A DNA stretch of 34,748 nt from an uncultured Clostridiaceae bacterium (GCA_958417695.1 CATZDQ010000001.1:1-34748); one strand, 5' to 3'. Positions 1 through 7,988 are shown, counted from the first letter of the stretch. Program-made: numbers and translations. Notes: a model not told the origin generated them from the letters alone.

Positions 1-34
1 GTGTATAAAAATAAAATAAGACAAAATATGAAAA

Positions 35-68
35 AAGAGGCTGTAGCTAACTTACGGCTTCTTTTCTT
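35..68 (+). terminator. Rho-independent terminator-like hairpin for an upstream gene outside the window
   Basis: aagaggctgta / tacggcttctt form an 11-bp stem with 2 G-U pairs and a 7-nt loop, followed by a T-rich run. Confidence 0.5.
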
Positions 69-79
69 ATAAAAAAAAG

Positions 80-108
80 TTGAAACATCAGAAAAAAAGT
101 AGTATAGT
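80..108 (+). promoter_or_regulatory. Sigma-A type promoter of ldh
   Basis: TTGAAA (80-85), 17-nt spacer, TATAGT (103-108), about 30 nt upstream of the ldh start. Confidence 0.55.
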
Positions 109-139
109 ATTTTAGTAAAAAATAAGGGAGGTAGAGAAA

Positions 140-1042
140 ATGAGTAAAATAGTAGTAATTGGAACTGGGAATGTAGGAATTAGTTATGCCTATGCCCTTT
201 TAAATCAAGACATAGAAGTAAGTGAATTAGTATTAATTGATATTGCTAAAGAAAGGGTAGAAGGACAAGTTATGGACTTAGAACATTGTCTAGCGAACCT
301 TTCTAAAAATGTGAAAATTAAAGCAGGTGAATATAAAGATTGTGAAAATGCGGATATCATATGTATTACAGCAGGTGCTGCACAAGGTGGTATGAAACAT
401 TCTAGAATGGATGATTTGAAAAAAGGACATCAAATCATGACATCCATTATAGAACAAATTAAACCGTATGCTTTTTCAGGCATTTATTTAGTTGCTAGTA
501 ATCCATTAGATGTTATGACCTATGATGTGTGGAAGCAAACTAAAGTAGATACCAATAGAGTTATTGGTTCTGGAACAACATTAGACAGTGCTAGATTACA
601 GTTCGAATTAAGTCAAAAATTTAATAAATCTGTGCAAGAAGTAGAGGCTTATGTATTGGGAGAACATGGAGATAGTCAGTTTGTACCATGGAGTCAAGTA
701 AGAATACAGGGACAAGAAATGAATTTATCTTTAGAGGAAAAGCAACAAATAGAAGAAACCGTAAGAAAAGCTGGTTTTGCTATTGTACAAAAACAAGGAT
801 ATACTTGTTATGCCATAGGCGTAGCTTTGGCTAGAATTACAAAAGCAATTCTAAAAGATGAAAATAGCATATTACCAGTATCTAGTTATCACGATTCTTA
901 TGGCGTGTATATAAGTACACCTGCTAGAGTTAGTAAAAGAGGGATAGAAGAAAATGAATTACTAGATTTAAATGTAGAAGAGAAAGAAAAATTACAAGCA
1001 TCTGTAAAAGTGTTAAAAGAAGCCATAAAAGAAATTATGTAA
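140..1042 (+). CDS. ldh: L-lactate / L-2-hydroxyacid dehydrogenase family protein
   Basis: RBS AGGGAGG upstream. GTGNVG Rossmann motif at the N-terminus, ITAGA..Q substrate loop and GEHGDS catalytic-His motif. Length of 300 aa is typical. Confidence 0.85.
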   Translation: MSKIVVIGTGNVGISYAYALLNQDIEVSELVLIDIAKERVEGQVMDLEHCLANLSKNVKIKAGEYKDCENADIICITAGAAQGGMKHSRMDDLKKGHQIMTSIIEQIKPYAFSGIYLVASNPLDVMTYDVWKQTKVDTNRVIGSGTTLDSARLQFELSQKFNKSVQEVEAYVLGEHGDSQFVPWSQVRIQGQEMNLSLEEKQQIEETVRKAGFAIVQKQGYTCYAIGVALARITKAILKDENSILPVSSYHDSYGVYISTPARVSKRGIEENELLDLNVEEKEKLQASVKVLKEAIKEIM

Positions 1043-1057
1043 ATTTGCGAGAAAGGT

Positions 1058-1086
1058 TTGCATAAATTGGAAAACTATGCTATAAT
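1058..1086 (+). promoter_or_regulatory. Sigma-A type promoter with extended -10, for the helicase gene
   Basis: TTGCAT (1058-1063), 17-nt spacer ending in TGc, TATAAT (1081-1086). Confidence 0.55.
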
Positions 1087-1178
1087 AAAAAAGGTCAAAA
1101 ATAGAAAAAAAGAAATAGTATATAAAATTTGTTTGTATGTTGGTTAGATTGGTCACAAATTGTCTTGATGGGAAAATG

Positions 1179-1221
1179 TAGTCTAGAAACAGATTTGTAT
1201 ATTTGCTTCTAGGCTATTTTT
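1179..1221 (+). promoter_or_regulatory. Terminator-like hairpin inside the helicase 5' leader (possible attenuator)
   Basis: tagtctagaaaca (1179-1191) pairs with tgcttctaggcta (1204-1216) over 13 bp including 2 G-U pairs. TTTTT follows at 1217-1221, ending 20 nt before ATG 1242. Confidence 0.4.
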
Positions 1222-1241
1222 GCGCCAGAAAGAAGGAAAAA

Positions 1242-2837
1242 ATGGAAAAACAAACAATTAAATTTGAAGAGTTTGCTCTATCTGAAAATGTAAAAAGAGC
1301 TTTAAAAGAAAATGGATATACGCAGGCAACGCCTATTCAAGCGCAAACCATACCAACTATATTAGAAGGAAAAGATGTCATTGGACAATCACAAACCGGT
1401 ACTGGAAAAACAGCTTCTTATGGCTTACCAATGATAGAAATGATTCATTCTGAAGAAAATAAAGTACAAGCGATTGTATTATGTCCTACTAGAGAATTAG
1501 CTGTACAAGTAACCGAAGAAATGAGAAAATTTACTAAATATGAAGAAGGCATTAAATGCTTAGCTGTATATGGTGGAGAACCCATCGAAAGACAAATTAA
1601 AGACCTAAAAAGAGGGGTAAAAATTGTCGTAGGAACACCAGGTAGAGTCATGGACCATATGAGAAGAAAAACATTAAAATTAGACCATATTAAAATGGTA
1701 GTATTAGATGAAGCAGACGAAATGTTAAATATGGGATTTGAAGAAGATATTAGAACCATTTTACAAGAAGTTCCAGAAGAAAGACAAACGGTTTTATTTT
1801 CTGCAACTATGAATGCTAGAATTCTAGAAATTGCAAAACAATATCTAAACCATCCTGTACAAGTAAAAATAAAAGCGAAAGAATTAACGGTAGATAAAAT
1901 TGAACAGATTTCTATTGAAATAAAAGGAAAAATGAAAGACGAAGCAGTTGCTAGATTAATTGATAGTAACAATCCTAAAAAAGCGGTTATCTTCTGTAAT
2001 ACCAAAAAGAAAGTAGATGAACTTTTAGAAGTTTTAAGAAAAGATGGATACTCTGTAGAAAGTCTTCATGGAGATGTTAAACAAGCACAAAGAGATAGAA
2101 TTATGAAGAGATTTAAAAACGGAGATTTCCAAATCCTAATAGCTACGGATGTTGTGGCAAGAGGAATAGATGTAGATGAATTAGAATTAGTTATTAACTA
2201 TGATATTCCACAAGAAGAGGAATACTATGTACATAGAATTGGAAGAACTGGAAGAAATGGAAATACTGGAAAAGCGTATACTTTTGTAGTAGGTAGAGAA
2301 AAAAGTAAAATCTATAGTATACAAAAATATGCTAAAACAACAATTAATCCAGGAACTTTACCAACCGATAGTGAAATTAGAAGAATTAAAAATCAAAAAA
2401 TAGTAGAAAAAATCCAAGCTATGATAGACAAAGAAGAGACAAGTCAAAACAGTATCAATGATGAAATCTTAGAAGCCCTATTAGAGAAAAACGATAGTAA
2501 ACAAGTAGCAAAAGCTTTATTAGAAATCGTTAACAAACCAAGTAAAAAACAAAAAGTAGATACAGACATTAATGAAAAAATTAGACAAAATGAACAAAAT
2601 GGAAATGTAAGACTATTCTTTAATGTAGGAAGAAAAGATAAAATCATGGTAAAAGACATTGTAGGAAGTATCGCTTCTCATGTGGCTATCTCTGGTTCAG
2701 AAATTGGAAAAATCAATATATTAGACAAATTCTCCTTTGTAGAAGTGCCAACCAATTATGCACAAGATGTGATAGAAGGAATGAAAGACCAACAAATTAA
2801 AGGAAGAAATGTGAATATAGAAGTAGCAAATTCTTAA
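1242..2837 (+). CDS. DEAD-box ATP-dependent RNA helicase with a DbpA/DeaD-type C-terminal RNA-binding domain
   Basis: Q motif GYTQATPIQ, motif I SQTGTGKT, DEAD, SAT and HRIGRTGR. The C-terminal region RLFFNVGRKD...NVNIEVA looks like a DbpA-type domain. Start moved from TTG 1203 to ATG 1242, which has an AGAAGGA RBS. Confidence 0.9.
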   Translation: MEKQTIKFEEFALSENVKRALKENGYTQATPIQAQTIPTILEGKDVIGQSQTGTGKTASYGLPMIEMIHSEENKVQAIVLCPTRELAVQVTEEMRKFTKYEEGIKCLAVYGGEPIERQIKDLKRGVKIVVGTPGRVMDHMRRKTLKLDHIKMVVLDEADEMLNMGFEEDIRTILQEVPEERQTVLFSATMNARILEIAKQYLNHPVQVKIKAKELTVDKIEQISIEIKGKMKDEAVARLIDSNNPKKAVIFCNTKKKVDELLEVLRKDGYSVESLHGDVKQAQRDRIMKRFKNGDFQILIATDVVARGIDVDELELVINYDIPQEEEYYVHRIGRTGRNGNTGKAYTFVVGREKSKIYSIQKYAKTTINPGTLPTDSEIRRIKNQKIVEKIQAMIDKEETSQNSINDEILEALLEKNDSKQVAKALLEIVNKPSKKQKVDTDINEKIRQNEQNGNVRLFFNVGRKDKIMVKDIVGSIASHVAISGSEIGKINILDKFSFVEVPTNYAQDVIEGMKDQQIKGRNVNIEVANS

Positions 2838-2868
2838 ATGGTAAGTTAAAAATATAGAAAAAAATAGA

Positions 2869-2899
2869 AGAAGACAAAAAGAAATTTTGTCTTCTTTTT
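2869..2899 (+). terminator. Rho-independent terminator after the helicase gene
   Basis: agaagacaaaa / ttttgtcttct form a perfect 11-bp stem with a 5-nt loop, then TTTT. Confidence 0.75.
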
Positions 2900-2953
2900 C
2901 TGTATAAAAAAGCCTAGAACATAAAATACTACTTAAAAGGAGGATAAAAATAT

Positions 2954-3196
2954 ATGAAAATTTCATGGATAAAACAAGAAAAGGATGATAAAAATTTTAG
3001 AATGGCAGAAAAATTAGGAATGCAAGTTTATTCCATTGCAGACCCAGAACAAATTGATAGTATGATTGAAAATTTAAGACAAAATCATATGGATACCATT
3101 GTGATTTCTAATGAATTAGCAGGATTTTCAGAAGACATCATTAAAAAATATCAAAAAGATGAGCAAATAAAAATCATAATTAGTCCTAGATTTTAA
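2954..3196 (+). CDS. Small conserved protein, possibly V-type ATPase subunit F-like fold
   Basis: 80-aa ORF with an AAGGAGG RBS. The pattern FRMAEKLGMQVYSI ... DTIVISNELA ... IIISP resembles the ATP-synthase F/14-kDa family. Function is uncertain. Confidence 0.4.
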   Translation: MKISWIKQEKDDKNFRMAEKLGMQVYSIADPEQIDSMIENLRQNHMDTIVISNELAGFSEDIIKKYQKDEQIKIIISPRF

Positions 3197-3234
3197 TACA
3201 ATACAATAAAACCAGCATAGAAAAAGGTGAAAAT

Positions 3235-3387
3235 ATGGAATTCTATCCCTCTTTATATGAAAGTGGTAGTAACAAGCAACCACAAACCGCTAAAGAAAAG
3301 TTAGTACAAGAACTTAGTAAACGGCTTATATCAAGAAAAAAGAAAACATCGTTATATGGAAATTATCTTTCTTTGTATAGGCACTGA
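3235..3387 (+). other. 50-codon ORF with a good RBS that looks like a displaced N-terminal leader of yyaC, in the -1 register relative to the yyaC body
   Basis: AAGGTG RBS lies 7 nt before ATG 3235. The ORF overlaps yyaC (3356) by 32 nt. KEKLVQELSKRLIS sits where YyaC proteins carry their pre-CIGTD leader. Confidence 0.4.
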
Positions 3388-3820
3388 CAAAATGACAGGA
3401 GATTGTTTTGGACCACTAGTAGGGACCAAGTTATTAAAAAAGCTAGAACCATACAATACTTTTCACATACACATATATGGTAATTTAGAAAATACCATCT
3501 CTTATGAAAATATAGAGCAATATCAAAAACAAATAGAAAACAATCCTTATGATACATGTATAGTGGTTATTGATGCGGCCCTTTCTAAAAAAGAAAATAT
3601 AGGCAATATCTATGTATCTAAGGAAAAGACTGTGTTAGGAAAAGGACTACACAAAAATAAAATAGCCATTGGCGATATGAGTATAAAAGCAGTAGTGGGA
3701 AAAGACCTAAAAGTACCTAAGTATAACTTTGCTATGTTACAAAATGTATCTTTAAACTTAGTTATGCATTTAGCAGATACTGTGGCAGATAGCATTTTTG
3801 AAGTAATTGAATATTGGTAA
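3356..3820 (+). CDS. yyaC: YyaC-family sporulation protein (GPR-like protease fold), main body
   Basis: FLCIGTDKMTGDCFGPLVG matches the YyaC signature (B. subtilis VCIGTDRSTGDSLGPLVG). NVSLNLVMHLADTVA matches the C-terminal conserved block. There is no RBS before ATG 3356. Confidence 0.8.
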   Translation: MEIIFLCIGTDKMTGDCFGPLVGTKLLKKLEPYNTFHIHIYGNLENTISYENIEQYQKQIENNPYDTCIVVIDAALSKKENIGNIYVSKEKTVLGKGLHKNKIAIGDMSIKAVVGKDLKVPKYNFAMLQNVSLNLVMHLADTVADSIFEVIEYW

Positions 3821-3907
3821 AAAGAATGAAAACTTTTGTATATTTTTCAAAAAAATGGAAAAAATCTATATAAACAAACCAGTAAGAAAGAGAAAGGAAG
3901 CGTTTAT

Positions 3908-4261
3908 ATGGAAGTACGTCACATGAAAAATATGGTTATTTTAAAGGATTTACCATCCAATATGATAGAAGAAGCTTTTGTTGTGCTAAAGGAGAATCAG
4001 TGCATACATAAAATGGTAGATACTGCAAATAAAAAGCAAAAGAAGGAAAAAAATCAAAGGTTGGAAAGTAAAACACAAGACTATGTCATAAAAGAAGCAG
4101 AGCTAATTATACAAGAATATATAGAACAAATAGAGATAAAAGAATATACCAATAGAAGCAATCACAAACAATTTATGCAAAAATATAAAAAAATGAAAGC
4201 AGCTACTATTTTCTTTAGTATGTTTTCGTTACTAAGTGTATTATCTATTTTATTAAGGTAA
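3908..4261 (+). CDS. Hypothetical tail-anchored membrane protein
   Basis: GAAAGGAAG RBS before ATG 3908; the track start 3836 is a TTG codon. Charged helical N-terminal part and one C-terminal TM segment (AATIFFSMFSLLSVLSILL). Confidence 0.55.
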   Translation: MEVRHMKNMVILKDLPSNMIEEAFVVLKENQCIHKMVDTANKKQKKEKNQRLESKTQDYVIKEAELIIQEYIEQIEIKEYTNRSNHKQFMQKYKKMKAATIFFSMFSLLSVLSILLR

Positions 4262-4418
4262 CCACATAAACAAGCAAGAAATTGCTCTAAAAGGATTTTC
4301 TTTTTAGGGCAGTTTCTTTTTTTGAGGTTTAGAAATAAAAAAGAAAAAACAGATTGGCTTTGGTATAAAGCATAAAAAATAAGCATATACATGAACCAAG
4401 TAACCTACAAAGGAAGAG

Positions 4419-5396
4419 GTGTTGCATTTGGAAAGAACGATGAGTTCGGAAGAAAGAATAAGACGAGCAGAGGAAATTTACCAAAGGAGAAGAAATAGAC
4501 AAGGTAGTAGCATTAGCAATAGTGGTGTTAGGGTACCAACTACGCATGTAAATACAAAAACAAAGACATCCTACAGCTTATTTAAGAAATTAATATTACA
4601 AATTCTAATTTGTTTATTAGTATATTTTATATTTTATTTGATTAAAAACTCCAATTACCTATTTTCAGAAGAGGTCATTCAAAAAACAAAGGATTTCTTA
4701 TCCTATGATATGCAGTTTGAAACCATTTATCAGTCTGGAATACAATATTACAATGAACATATAAAAGGCTTTATTGAAAACTTAGGAAAAGAGGAAAACG
4801 GACAAGATGATACCAATGTATTAACGAATGAACAAACCAATGAAGTAATCAATGAACAAACAAACACGCAAACCAATGAACAAGAAGGTGGTATAGGTGG
4901 AGGAGAAGAAGGGCAAGTACTAGTCAATGAAGCGGTGACAACTTCTAGTGATGAACAAACACAAGAACCACTATCTCAAATGCAAATAGACGCCAATGAG
5001 ATAAAGGCAAATTACCATTTTATATTACCTCTAAAAGGAACCATTACTTCTCATTATGGTGCTAGAACGCCAACGGCTATTGTATCGGCCAATCATGCAG
5101 GCATTGATATTGGTGTGAATGCGGGGACGATTTTTGTGGCTGCTATGGAAGGAAAAGTAACCATGGTATCCTCAGAAGGAGACTATGGAAACCATGTTTA
5201 TATACAAAATGGGGATGTTGTTACGCTATATGCACATAGCCAGAAGATATATGTAAAAGAAGGAGAAACCATCCAACAAGGACAACAGTTAGGAGAAGTA
5301 GGCTCTACTGGAAAAGCAACAGGACCACATTTACATTTTGAAGTTAGGAAAAGTGGAAGGGTAGTAGACCCCGAATATATACTATCCTTTAGTTAG
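4419..5396 (+). CDS. Membrane-anchored M23/LytM peptidase in the SpoIVFA position
   Basis: Basic N-terminus, one TM segment, an N/Q/T/E-rich linker, then an M23 domain with HAGIDI (HxxxD) and GPHLHFE (HxH) intact. Lies directly upstream of an M50 site-2 protease. The start is ambiguous (GTG 4419, TTG 4428 or ATG 4440). Confidence 0.75.
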   Translation: MLHLERTMSSEERIRRAEEIYQRRRNRQGSSISNSGVRVPTTHVNTKTKTSYSLFKKLILQILICLLVYFIFYLIKNSNYLFSEEVIQKTKDFLSYDMQFETIYQSGIQYYNEHIKGFIENLGKEENGQDDTNVLTNEQTNEVINEQTNTQTNEQEGGIGGGEEGQVLVNEAVTTSSDEQTQEPLSQMQIDANEIKANYHFILPLKGTITSHYGARTPTAIVSANHAGIDIGVNAGTIFVAAMEGKVTMVSSEGDYGNHVYIQNGDVVTLYAHSQKIYVKEGETIQQGQQLGEVGSTGKATGPHLHFEVRKSGRVVDPEYILSFS

Positions 5397-5410
5397 AAAG
5401 GAAAAAATCG

Positions 5411-6094
5411 ATGCAAATAAAACTAAACCTTAAAATTTTCATTTTTATTCTATTATTTATCCTTACGAGACAAATTGAAATTTATGGCATATTAATGCTA
5501 TTTGCAGTAATTCATGAACTAGGTCATATGGTAGCTGGTATGGCATTAGGGTTTAATCCGAAATCTTTTACCATCATGCCTTTTGGAGTAAGTGTTGCCT
5601 TTAAAGTACCTAGTTATAATTATAATAAAAAAATAGGGAAAGCCAATATGTTAGCCATTAAGAAAATGATAATTGCTCTAGCAGGGCCTCTTACCAATAT
5701 CCTAATTACCATTATGTATTGTCTATGGGATATTTCCTTTTTGGGAATGGATAGACAGTTAGTCATATATAGTAACATTCTACTAGGTATATTTAATCTA
5801 ATTCCTATCTATCCATTAGATGGCGGTAGAATCTTAAAGAATATGTTACATATCCTGTATGGTTTAGAAGAAGCCTATCACCAAGTAAATTTAGTTTCTA
5901 ATGTAACCATTGCCATATTAACAGGAATAACTAGTATTGCTATTTTATATTTTAGAAACATTGCTATTTTATTGATATTGGGGTATTTATGGTATTTAGT
6001 AATAAAAGAAAATAAACATTATAAAAATAAAATCAAGATTTATGAAATATTACATATGCCAAAAGAAAAAATGGAACAATATAATCAGGTATAA
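5411..6094 (+). CDS. M50 site-2 protease, SpoIVFB-like, without a CBS domain
   Basis: HELGH zinc motif in TM2 and NLIPIYPLDGGRIL (NxxPxxxLDG) motif. Multi-pass membrane protein of 227 aa. Confidence 0.8.
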   Translation: MQIKLNLKIFIFILLFILTRQIEIYGILMLFAVIHELGHMVAGMALGFNPKSFTIMPFGVSVAFKVPSYNYNKKIGKANMLAIKKMIIALAGPLTNILITIMYCLWDISFLGMDRQLVIYSNILLGIFNLIPIYPLDGGRILKNMLHILYGLEEAYHQVNLVSNVTIAILTGITSIAILYFRNIAILLILGYLWYLVIKENKHYKNKIKIYEILHMPKEKMEQYNQV

Positions 6095-6146
6095 AAATAT
6101 ACAAAAATACATAGACTAAAGAAAAAAGAAAAGGAGAAATCAAACA

Positions 6147-6287
6147 ATGGATAGGCTACAAGCAGAAATTGAAAAACAAATTCAGATAATAAAAATGCTA
6201 ATTGAAAAGCAAGCGCAAAGAGAGCAAATAAGGCAAGAAAGAGAGAAATTAGATAATTTATTAAATGAGTTTTTGAAAGAGAAATAA
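6147..6287 (+). CDS. Unlisted 46-aa all-helical ORF, possibly a Spo0E-like aspartyl-phosphate phosphatase
   Basis: AAGGAG RBS 10 nt before ATG 6147. Sequence is MDRLQAEIEKQIQIIKMLIEKQAQREQIRQEREKLDNLLNEFLKEK. The IE...(27 aa)...LDxLLNE spacing resembles the Spo0E-family SQELDxLI pattern. Confidence 0.35.
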   Translation: MDRLQAEIEKQIQIIKMLIEKQAQREQIRQEREKLDNLLNEFLKEK

Positions 6288-6376
6288 AAACTGATAAAAA
6301 ACGAACTTATATCCTTTATTTCCCTGTAAAAATTTGGTATAACATAATAAAAAATGGAAATAAAGGTGATAATAAA

Positions 6377-6712
6377 ATGAAGAAACCAAAAACGATTACC
6401 ATAGGGAGCCATATCAAAAAAATTCGAAAAAGTTATGGATACACACAAGAAAAATTAGCAGAGGCAGTAGAAGTCTCTTCTCGATATATTAGTGATGTAG
6501 AACAAGATAGAGCAAAACCCTCTTATGAGGTATTAGTTAAAATTTGTAACCTGTTTAATATCGGTTTAGATGAAATCTTTTCAGAGTATTTACATATAAA
6601 AAAAGAGAACCATATTCCTTTTTCCTTACTAGGTTTTGAAAAGTTAAGACCAGAGGACCAAGAAACCATAGAACATTTAATTACTTATTTTAATAAGACA
6701 AGAGAAGATTAA
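6377..6712 (+). CDS. XRE-family helix-turn-helix transcriptional regulator
   Basis: IKKIRKSYGYTQEKLAEAVEVSSRYISDVEQDRAKPSYEVLVKI is a canonical Cro/C1-type HTH. Confidence 0.85.
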   Translation: MKKPKTITIGSHIKKIRKSYGYTQEKLAEAVEVSSRYISDVEQDRAKPSYEVLVKICNLFNIGLDEIFSEYLHIKKENHIPFSLLGFEKLRPEDQETIEHLITYFNKTRED

Positions 6713-6758
6713 CACCTCTTTTCTTGGATTTATTTTTTCATAAAATCTTCCAAAACAC

Positions 6759-6787
6759 TTGTATTATATACAAAAATGTGATAAAAT
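6759..6787 (+). promoter_or_regulatory. Sigma-A promoter with extended -10, for rpsF-ssb-rpsR
   Basis: TTGTAT (6759-6764), 17-nt spacer ending in TGa, TAAAAT (6782-6787). Leaves an ~80-nt leader containing the hairpin cttacata/tatgtagg. Confidence 0.5.
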
Positions 6788-6818
6788 AGCAACGTTGTAA
6801 GAATAGCGTTGCTATTTT
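6783..6818 (+). terminator. Hairpin plus T-run downstream of the XRE gene, overlapping the rpsF promoter
   Basis: aaaatagcaacg (6783-6794) and cgttgctatttt (6807-6818) form a perfect 12-bp stem with a 12-nt loop. Confidence 0.5.
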
Positions 6819-6876
6819 TACGTCCTTACTTACATACAACTATGTAGGTTAATAATCCAAAAGGAGGTGAACAATA

Positions 6877-7161
6877 ATGAATAAATACGAAAGTGTAATC
6901 ATTATTAATCCAAGTGTTGATGAAGAAGGTATCAAAGCCTTAGTAAAAAAATTCACAGACTTAATTAATACTGATGGTAAAGTAGAAGAAGCAGAAGAAT
7001 TAGGAAAAAGAAAATTAGCATATGAAATCCAAAAAAATACAGAAGGATATTATGTGGTATATCATTTTGAAGCAAATCCAAACCTAATTGCTGAACTTGA
7101 AAGAAATTACAGAATTACAGACGAAGTGATTAAATTCATGACAATTAAAGTAGAGGATTAG
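6877..7161 (+). CDS. rpsF: 30S ribosomal protein S6
   Basis: MNKYESVIIINP...YRITDEVIKFMTIKV is the typical S6 sequence. GGAGGTG RBS. Sits in the rpsF-ssb-rpsR context. Confidence 0.95.
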   Translation: MNKYESVIIINPSVDEEGIKALVKKFTDLINTDGKVEEAEELGKRKLAYEIQKNTEGYYVVYHFEANPNLIAELERNYRITDEVIKFMTIKVED

Positions 7162-7197
7162 TAAAAGGGGCCTTTTAAGGAAGGTAAGGTGTAAAAT

Positions 7198-7623
7198 ATG
7201 AACAAAGTTATTTTAATGGGAAGATTAACCAAAGACCCAGAAGTAAGATACACACAAACAAATAACACATTAGTTGCTTCTTTCAGTCTTGCAGTCAACA
7301 GAAGATTTACAAGACAAGGAGAAGAGCGCCAAGCAGATTTTATTAATATCGTTGCTTGGAGTAAATTAGGTGAATTCTGTAGTAAATATTTCAGAAAAGG
7401 CCAACAAGTAGGTGTCATCGGAAGAATTCAAACTAGAACTTGGGATGATGATCAAGGGCAAAAACATTATATAACAGAAGTAGTAGCAGAAGAAGCTTAT
7501 TTTGCAGATAGCAAAAGGGAAGGCGAAGCTACTGGAGGATTTGACCCTACATTCGGAACCATGCCAGATAACAGTGGAAGTTCTGATTTTGAAGTGTCTT
7601 CAGGAGATGACCTATCATTTTAG
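7198..7623 (+). CDS. ssb: Single-stranded DNA-binding protein
   Basis: MNKVILMGRLTKDPEVRYT OB-fold N-terminus, Gly/Ser-rich linker and acidic tip ending in DDLSF. Confidence 0.95.
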   Translation: MNKVILMGRLTKDPEVRYTQTNNTLVASFSLAVNRRFTRQGEERQADFINIVAWSKLGEFCSKYFRKGQQVGVIGRIQTRTWDDDQGQKHYITEVVAEEAYFADSKREGEATGGFDPTFGTMPDNSGSSDFEVSSGDDLSF

Positions 7624-7673
7624 AGAAAGATACATATAAGCAAAAATATAATAAGCGTTAGGGGGGAAAGAAA

Positions 7674-7958
7674 ATGGCAGATAGAAAACCAAATAAAAGA
7701 AATAACAGAAACAATAATGCAGATGATGATTATAATCCAAGGTTTAGAAAAATGAGAAAGAAAGTTTGTCCTTTATGTGCAGACAAAAATCTTGTTTTAG
7801 ATTATAAAAATGCAGAACAATTAAAGAAATTTATTAATGATAAAGGTAAAATTTTACCAAGAAGAGCAACTGGTGCTTGTGCAAAACATCAAAGAGATAT
7901 TACACTTGCAGTAAAAAGAGCAAGACAAATTGCTATATTACCTTTTACACAAGAATAA
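7674..7958 (+). CDS. rpsR: 30S ribosomal protein S18 with an Asn/Arg-rich N-terminal extension
   Basis: [49 protein letters not shown] is the conserved S18 core. Confidence 0.95.
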   Translation: MADRKPNKRNNRNNNADDDYNPRFRKMRKKVCPLCADKNLVLDYKNAEQLKKFINDKGKILPRRATGACAKHQRDITLAVKRARQIAILPFTQE

Positions 7959-7988
7959 TTTTTACAAATTGAGGATGATAAAAAAAGG

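Noticed and set aside
1445-2005. 186-aa ORF antisense to the DEAD-box helicase gene.
   Set aside because: It lies entirely inside a strongly supported gene and has no RBS. Its Ser/Phe/Ile-rich low-complexity translation is typical of the reverse strand of A/G-rich codons.
4391-4498. 35-codon ORF (MNQVTYKGRG...) overlapping the start of the M23 peptidase gene.
   Set aside because: It has no RBS, lies in a different frame and shows no recognisable features.
6377-6712. The XRE regulators (6377-6712 and 16977-17309) as prophage repressors or antitoxins.
   Set aside because: No integrase, phage structural gene or toxin ORF is adjacent. Both look like stand-alone chromosomal regulators.
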